A stretch of 64,000 bases of DNA from Eledone cirrhosa (lineage: Eukaryota), in the NCBI GenBank assembly GCA_964016885.1, contig OZ024746.1:10974001-11038000 (forward strand), read 5' to 3'. The notes below the pieces were generated by a model, which saw nothing but the letters and a program-made list of their open reading frames with translations, made no database searches and was not told where the DNA came from. Below, one piece after another: positions 55,930-64,000 of this stretch. How positions within the stretch are numbered: position 1 is the stretch's first letter; each line of letters starts with the position of its first letter. Both the position numbers and the translations under genes were made by a program.

Positions 55930-56375
55930 TGACAAGTCGACCCTAAATATGACTAATAGCTCTAGGAAAGTCATGAACGACACCACAACTTTTTTAACTT
56001 TGGTTTTGAAAGTAGGTTTATAATTATTAATTTTCCTTGTACTTTCGAATGTGTCTCGGTGGCCTAGTTGGAGGCATCGCAGATGGTGGTGATCCTGGTC
56101 TGAAGTTCGATCCTGGTCAGGTGTAGAGTTCCCCGTAAACCTTTTCAGTTTTTTTTTTCTATGGGATGTAAAATGGAAAAAACTGATTACATGTACATCT
56201 TGAACAGGATTGAAACTACGACCAGTACCTCCACCGTCTCTAGTACCTACCGATAGTCCACTGAGACAGCTACGAAATTGAGCAGGAAATTCATACTTAT
56301 AAACCTACTTTCAAAATTTTCAAAACTAAGTGTTGTGGTGTTGTTATTGCTCCTAATTAAGGTCGACTTCTAAAT
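55930..56375. mobile_element. Old MITE-like inverted-repeat element containing two facing tRNA-like segments
   Basis: Nested inverted matches aagtcgacc/ggtcgactt, caccacaac/gttgtggtg and ttttgaaagtaggtttataa/ttataaacctactttcaaaa; A-box tggcctagttgg (56060) and B-box gttcgatcc (56105). Confidence 0.6.
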
Positions 56376-56804
56376 CATTTGGGTGTTCCATAAACTGCAT
56401 CCTCGTTTTGTTTCTCATCTATCTAGACTATATTTTAACCTGTAATCTATGTTTCATTTCTGTTGCACCTCATTTCTCCACCCACTTCTCTTTTTCTCTC
56501 TGTGATATTTGAATCTACTATGATTGCTGGTCACAAGTGAGTGTAGTAGTAGTAGTCCTCAATGTTTAGTGACTTGTGGCGTCACATCAAAGAAAAGATA
56601 AGCCAGGTCTAACCGTTTACAGGGAACACACGTTGGCATTGATTTAAATTGAAAAAACACCCTACCGGTACTCAGCCTGGAGAAACCACAAGTCAGCGTA
56701 GTATTCTATCCATAGAGTTCTAACCTCATTTCTGGTTTCCGCGGACTCGGCGCCGCAGACTTTATATACATCTCAACTTCTTAGGCCGGGGCCTGGTATA
56801 TATA

Positions 56805-56976
56805 CGGTATTTCCCGGCGTCGAAGACGCTACCTTTTTTCCTAAAACAAGTTTCAAAAATCTACCGTGTGTCCTGGAGGCCGATGGTTGTTTATTATTAG
56901 TTTTTTTATTATTATTGGTTATCAAAATTAGGGTGCGTCCTCGAGGAGGAAGCGTCTTCGGCGCCGGGAAATACGG
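56805..56976. mobile_element. Tc2/pogo-like MITE
   Basis: Terminal inverted repeats cggtatttcccggcgtcgaagacgc / gcgtcttcggcgccgggaaatacgg, preceded by TA. Confidence 0.7.
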
Positions 56977-57101
56977 TGAATGATTACATATATAAATCAG
57001 GTTAGAACTCTATGGATACAGTGTTACCCTGATTGATGGTTTCCCCGGTATCGGTACCACAGACTTTCTATATGTTATGTAATCAGCTATTTAAATACTA
57101 T

Positions 57102-58290
57102 TACACAAATGTGTACAAAGAACACATGCACACTGGCGCATTCAGACACGAATGCTACACAAATGTGTACAAAGAACACATGCACACTGGCGCATTCACA
57201 CACGAATGCTACACAAATGTGTACAAAGAACACATGCACACTGGCGCATTCACACACGAATGCTACACAAATGTGTACAAAGAACACATGCACACTGGCA
57301 CAATCACACACGAATGCTACACAAATGTGTACAAAGAACACATGCACACTGGCGCATTCAGACACGAATGCTACACAAATGTGTACAAAGAACTAATGCA
57401 CACTGGCGCATTCACACACGAATGCTACACAAATGTGTACAAAGAACACATGCACACTGGCGCATTCACATACGAATGCTACACAAATGTGTACAAAGAA
57501 CACATGCACACTGGCGCATTCAGACACGAATGCTACACAAATGTGTACAAAGAACACATGCACACTGGCGCATTCACACACGAATGCTACACAAATGTGT
57601 ACAAAGAACACATGCACACTGGCACAATCACACACGAATGCTACACAAATGTGTACAAAGAACACATGCACACTGGCGCATTCAGACACGAATGCTACAC
57701 AAATGTGTACAAAGAACTAATGCACACTGGCGCATTCACACACGAATGCTACACAAATGTGTACAAAGAACACATGCACACTGGCGCATTCACATACGAA
57801 TGCTACACAAATGTGTACAAAGAACACATGCACACTGGCGCATTCAGACACGAATGCTATACAAATGTGTACAAAGAACACATGCACACTGGCGCATTCA
57901 CATACGAATGCTACACAAATGTGTACAAAGAACACATGCACACTGGCACAATCACACACGAATGCTACACAAATGTGTACAAAGAACACATGCACACTGG
58001 CACAATCACACACGAATGCTACACAAATGTGTACAAAGAACACATGCACACTGGCACAATCACACACGAATGCTACACAAATGTGTACAAAGAACACATG
58101 CACACTGGCACAATCACACACGAATGCTACACAAATGTGTACAAAGAACACATGCACACTGGCGCATTCACACACGAATGCTACACAAATGTGTACAAAG
58201 AACACATGCACACTGGCGCATTCAGACACGAATGCTACACAAATGTGTACAAAGAACTAATGCACACTGGCGCATTCACACACGAATGCA
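57102..58290. repeat. 54-bp minisatellite, ~22 copies, with partial 324-bp higher-order structure
   Basis: tacacaaatgtgtacaaagaacacatgcacactggcgcattcacacacgaatgc; variants recur at a 6-unit spacing. Confidence 0.95.
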
Positions 58291-58543
58291 TATATACACA
58301 TTATCTAAAGAAACACATTCACGGAATAATGATTTGCTATTGAAAATAGGCTGTAATTTGATTACACTACATGTTATGCACTATACACATGTGATTGTAT
58401 GTACATTTGGCAAGCAAGGCATAAATAAACATATCTGAACACTGTACATTCGCACACGAGTACACATACAGACATACACACATGCAAACGCATATACACA
58501 CAAACAGAGTTATTTACTCACACATGCATAAGCACATGTCCTC

Positions 58544-58640
<97 letters not shown>

Positions 58641-58747
58641 TACAGCAAATCAGTAATGCATAACTTGTAAATTAATGATAATATTTTATCTTAATTAACG
58701 CTGACCTGATTAAAGGAAAGAGAATGCACGTATACACACACACACAC

Positions 58748-58794
<47 letters not shown>

Positions 58795-58946
58795 TGTTCT
58801 ATATATATATATATATATACATATATATGAACACACACATTATATATATATATATATAATTATATATATAATTATATATATATATATATAATTATATATA
58901 TATATATACATATAATTATATATATATATATATATAATTATATATA

Positions 58947-58989
<43 letters not shown>

Positions 58990-58993
<4 letters not shown>

Positions 58994-59178
58994 GTTTCTA
59001 CTTTTAGGCACAAGGCCAGCAATAACTCAGTGCATTACTGGTACTTTATTTTATCGACCCCGTAAGGATGAAAGGCAAAGTCAACCTCGGCGGGATTTGA
59101 ACTCAGATCGTAAAGGGACGTAACTATGCTGGAAAGCATGGCGTCCGACTCTCTACCGAAACTGCCAATCCACCGCCC
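58990..59178 (-). mobile_element. Full-length Nin-domain SINE in a TA tract
   Basis: Family consensus match. Confidence 0.88.
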
Positions 59179-59215
59179 TTATTATATACATACATACATA
59201 CATACATACATACAA

Positions 59216-59363
<148 letters not shown>

Positions 59364-59731
59364 CGTTTCTGAATTTGTTTAGCAAGATTCTTTATCTGAA
59401 ATCGTGTGTTAAAACCGATATTGTTATACTTTGGGAGGGTCATGTTGCCAATAAGAAACACACGCACCAATTGCTTTCACTTCAATTTATTATATATTTA
59501 TAAATTTATAAATTTACAAATCTACAAACTTATAAATTTCTGGTTGGTTGGTTGGTTGGTTCCACAACCAGATAGTTGTTTATATATAGTCATAGTCCTT
59601 TCCTCACACACTCTGTGACCTCTTCAGTGACTGGGGATTCCTTTCTTTGTTTCTGTGCCTTTCCTTTATTCTGTCCTACGCCATTTTGTTTCTGTGTGTC
59701 ATATATATATATATATAATTATATGTATATA

Positions 59732-59768
<37 letters not shown>

Positions 59769-59772
<4 letters not shown>

Positions 59773-62700
59773 TTGAAAAAAATGAAAACGAAATTTCATT
59801 TCTCACTCTTAGTATGGCACTTACTTATATGTAAGTATGTATGTATACGTACATACATATATGTATACAGACGTACAGTAGCATGCATATATATACATAT
59901 ATATATATACATATATATACATATATATACATATATACATACAGGTACACATACATATATGCACGCATCAGTTTAGCGGACGTTTATTACAACGCCGTTT
60001 TTTCGATTGTTTGTCAACAAACCGAACAGCCTGAATTTATGCCATACGGTGTTAAGGCAACCACGTCACCTTTTTGTTCAACACTGACACAGGAACGATG
60101 TACTAGTTTCAAGCTTGTTAGCTATCATCAGCACCGTTTACCCATCTGCCAGATAGTCGAACGTTCGAAAGTATATACTTTCCTTATGAAAATTAACGGC
60201 TGAGCAGCCTAATTTGCATATTGAGTGAGTTAAATCGGTCAGGCATACCGAAAACGATAAGTTGAAAGAAATGAAAACGAAATTTCATTTCTCACTCTTA
60301 GTATGGCACTTACTTATATGTAAGTATGTATGTATACGTACATACATATATGTATACAGACGTACAGTAGCATGCATATATATACATATATATATATACA
60401 TATATATACATATATATACATATATACATACAGGTACACATACATATATGCACGCATCAGTTTAGCGGACGTTTATTACAACGCCGTTTTTTCGATTGTT
60501 TGTCAACAAACCGAACAGCCTGAATTTATGCCATACGGTGTTAAGGCAACCACGTCACCTTTTTGTTCAACACTGACACAGGAACGATGTACTAGTTTCA
60601 AGCTTGTTAGCTATCATCAGCACCGTTTACCCATCTGCCAGATAGTCGAACGTTCGAAAGTATATACTTTCCTTATGAAAATTAACGGCTGAGCAGCCTA
60701 ATTTGCATATTGAGTGAGTTAAATCGGTCAGGCATACCGAAAACGATAAGTTGAAAAAAATGAAAACGAAATTTCATTTCTCACTCTTAGTATGGCACTT
60801 ACTTATATGTAAGTATGTATGTATACGTACATACATATATGTATACAGACGTACAGTAGCATGCATATATATACATATATATATATACATATATATACAT
60901 ATATATACATATATACATACAGGTACACATACATATATGCACGCATCAGTTTAGCGGACGTTTATTACAACGCCGTTTTTTCGATTGTTTGTCAACAAAC
61001 CGAACAGCCTGAATTTATGCCATACGGTGTTAAGGCAACCACGTCACCTTTTTGTTCAACACTGACACAGGAACGATGTACTAGTTTCAAGCTTGTTAGC
61101 TATCATCAGCACCGTTTACCCATCTGCCAGATAGTCGAACGTTCGAAAGTATATACTTTCCTTATGAAAATTAACGGCTGAGCAGCCTAATTTGCATATT
61201 GAGTGAGTTAAATCGGTCAGGCATACCGAAAACGATAAGTTGAAAGAAATGAAAACGAAATTTCATTTCTCACTCTTAGTATGGCACTTACTTATATGTA
61301 AGTATGTATGTATACGTACATACATATATGTATACAGACGTACAGTAGCATGCATATATATACATATATATATATACATATATATACATATATATACATA
61401 TATACATACAGGTACACATACATATATGCACGCATCAGTTTAGCGGACGTTTATTACAACGCCGTTTTTTCGATTGTTTGTCAACAAACCGAACAGCCTG
61501 AATTTATGCCATACGGTGTTAAGGCAACCACGTCACCTTTTTGTTCAACACTGACACAGGAACGATGTACTAGTTTCAAGCTTGTTAGCTATCATCAGCA
61601 CCGTTTACCCATCTGCCAGATAGTCGAACGTTCGAAAGTATATACTTTCCTTATGAAAATTAACGGCTGAGCAGCCTAATTTGCATATTGAGTGAGTTAA
61701 ATCGGTCAGGCATACCGAAAACGATAAGTTGAAAAAAATGAAAACGAAATTTCATTTCTCACTCTTAGTATGGCACTTACTTATATGTAAGTATGTATGT
61801 ATACGTACATACATATATGTATACAGACGTACAGTAGCATGCATATATATACATATATATATATACATATATATACATATATATACATATATACATACAG
61901 GTACACATACATATATGCACGCATCAGTTTAGCGGACGTTTATTACAACGCCGTTTTTTCGATTGTTTGTCAACAAACCGAACAGCCTGAATTTATGCCA
62001 TACGGTGTTAAGGCAACCACGTCACCTTTTTGTTCAACACTGACACAGGAACGATGTACTAGTTTCAAGCTTGTTAGCTATCATCAGCACCGTTTACCCA
62101 TCTGCCAGATAGTCGAACGTTCGAAAGTATATACTTTCCTTATGAAAATTAACGGCTGAGCAGCCTAATTTGCATATTGAGTGAGTTAAATCGGTCAGGC
62201 ATACCGAAAACGATAAGTTGAAAGAAATGAAAACGAAATTTCATTTCTCACTCTTAGTATGGCACTTACTTATATGTAAGTATGTATGTATACGTACATA
62301 CATATATGTATACAGACGTACAGTAGCATGCATATATATACATATATATATATACATATATATACATATATATACATATATACATACAGGTACACATACA
62401 TATATGCACGCATCAGTTTAGCGGACGTTTATTACAACGCCGTTTTTTCGATTGTTTGTCAACAAACCGAACAGCCTGAATTTATGCCATACGGTGTTAA
62501 GGCAACCACGTCACCTTTTTGTTCAACACTGACACAGGAACGATGTACTAGTTTCAAGCTTGTTAGCTATCATCAGCACCGTTTACCCATCTGCCAGATA
62601 GTCGAACGTTCGAAAGTATATACTTTCCTTATGAAAATTAACGGCTGAGCAGCCTAATTTGCATATTGAGTGAGTTAAATCGGTCAGGCATACCGAAAAC

Positions 62701-64000
62701 GATAAGTTGAAAAAAATGAAAACGAAATTTCATTTCTCACTCTTAGTATGGCACTTACTTATATGTAAGTATGTATGTATACGTACATACATATATGTAT
62801 ACAGACGTACAGTAGCATGCATATATATACATATATATATATACATATATATACATATATATACATATATACATACAGGTACACATACATATATGCACGC
62901 ATCAGTTTAGCGGACGTTTATTACAACGCCGTTTTTTCGATTGTTTGTCAACAAACCGAACAGCCTGAATTTATGCCATACGGTGTTAAGGCAACCACGT
63001 CACCTTTTTGTTCAACACTGACACAGGAACGATGTACTAGTTTCAAGCTTGTTAGCTATCATCAGCACCGTTTACCCATCTGCCAGATAGTCGAACGTTC
63101 GAAAGTATATACTTTCCTTATGAAAATTAACGGCTGAGCAGCCTAATTTGCATATTGAGTGAGTTAAATCGGTCAGGCATACCGAAAACGATAAGTTGAA
63201 AAAAATGAAAACGAAATTTCATTTCTCACTCTTAGTATGGCACTTACTTATATGTAAGTATGTATGTATACGTACATACATATATGTATACAGACGTACA
63301 GTAGCATGCATATATATACATATATATATATACATATATATACATATATATACATATATACATACAGGTACACATACATATATGCACGCATCAGTTTAGC
63401 GGACGTTTATTACAACGCCGTTTTTTCGATTGTTTGTCAACAAACCGAACAGCCTGAATTTATGCCATACGGTGTTAAGGCAACCACGTCACCTTTTTGT
63501 TCAACACTGACACAGGAACGATGTACTAGTTTCAAGCTTGTTAGCTATCATCAGCACCGTTTACCCATCTGCCAGATAGTCGAACGTTCGAAAGTATATA
63601 CTTTCCTTATGAAAATTAACGGCTGAGCAGCCTAATTTGCATATTGAGTGAGTTAAATCGGTCAGGCATACCGAAAACGATAAGTTGAAAAAAATGAAAA
63701 CGAAATTTCATTTCTCACTCTTAGTATGGCACTTACTTATATGTAAGTATGTATGTATACGTACATACATATATGTATACAGACGTACAGTAGCATGCAT
63801 ATATATACATATATATATATACATATATATACATATATATACATATATACATACAGGTACACATACATATATGCACGCATCAGTTTAGCGGACGTTTATT
63901 ACAACGCCGTTTTTTCGATTGTTTGTCAACAAACCGAACAGCCTGAATTTATGCCATACGGTGTTAAGGCAACCACGTCACCTTTTTGTTCAACACTGAC
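59769..64000 (-). mobile_element. 489-bp tandem array (at least 8.6 units, runs off the window), one hammerhead per unit (non-LTR retrozyme-like)
   Basis: Exact 489-bp period in both the sequence and the ORF track; starts directly at a (TA)n tract. Confidence 0.9.
60094..60138 (-). ncRNA. Type I minimal hammerhead ribozyme (also starting at 60583, 61072, 61561, 62050, 62539, 63028, 63517)
   Basis: On -: aacggtg-CTGATGA-tagc(taacaa)gctt-GAAAC-ta-GTA|catcgtt; stem I extends past an internal loop with ctggca/tgtcag. Confidence 0.87.

Noticed and set aside
57033-58438. Cys/His-rich ORF resembling a zinc-finger array, or a CRISPR-like array
   Set aside because: 18-aa period lacks C2H2 spacing; units have no unique spacers; open frames follow from the 54-bp unit
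59773-63888. Tandem gene cluster of 67-aa and 120-aa ORFs
   Set aside because: Low-complexity translations of the repeat unit; the structured feature is the hammerhead on the opposite strand

Overview
AT-rich, microsatellite-saturated animal genomic DNA, most likely a cephalopod (octopus). This is inferred from the abundant tRNA-headed Nin-domain SINE resembling octopus OK/OR SINEs and from the extreme (TA)n/(ACT)n content. Nearly all ORF-track entries are artefacts of simple repeats. The one convincing host coding exon is caveolin-like (24599-24733, + strand); no downstream exon was recognised in the window. The rest is mobile DNA: two Penelope-like element (PLE) remnants with GIY-YIG endonucleases (Neptune-type and Naiad-type), Dong/R4, RTE, Tx1 and CRE LINE remnants, about 20 SINE copies and MITEs. 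The most striking signal is a dense set of type I hammerhead ribozyme (HHR) motifs. Two near-perfect tandem arrays (310-bp and 489-bp units) carry one intact minimal HHR per unit, which is the architecture of non-LTR retrozymes. The 310-bp array is folded into a 2.6-kb inverted structure. About ten further HHR motifs sit in fold-back elements or PLE ends bounded by (TA)n, and in each fold-back the ribozymes point outward. All folding was done by eye and no searches were run.
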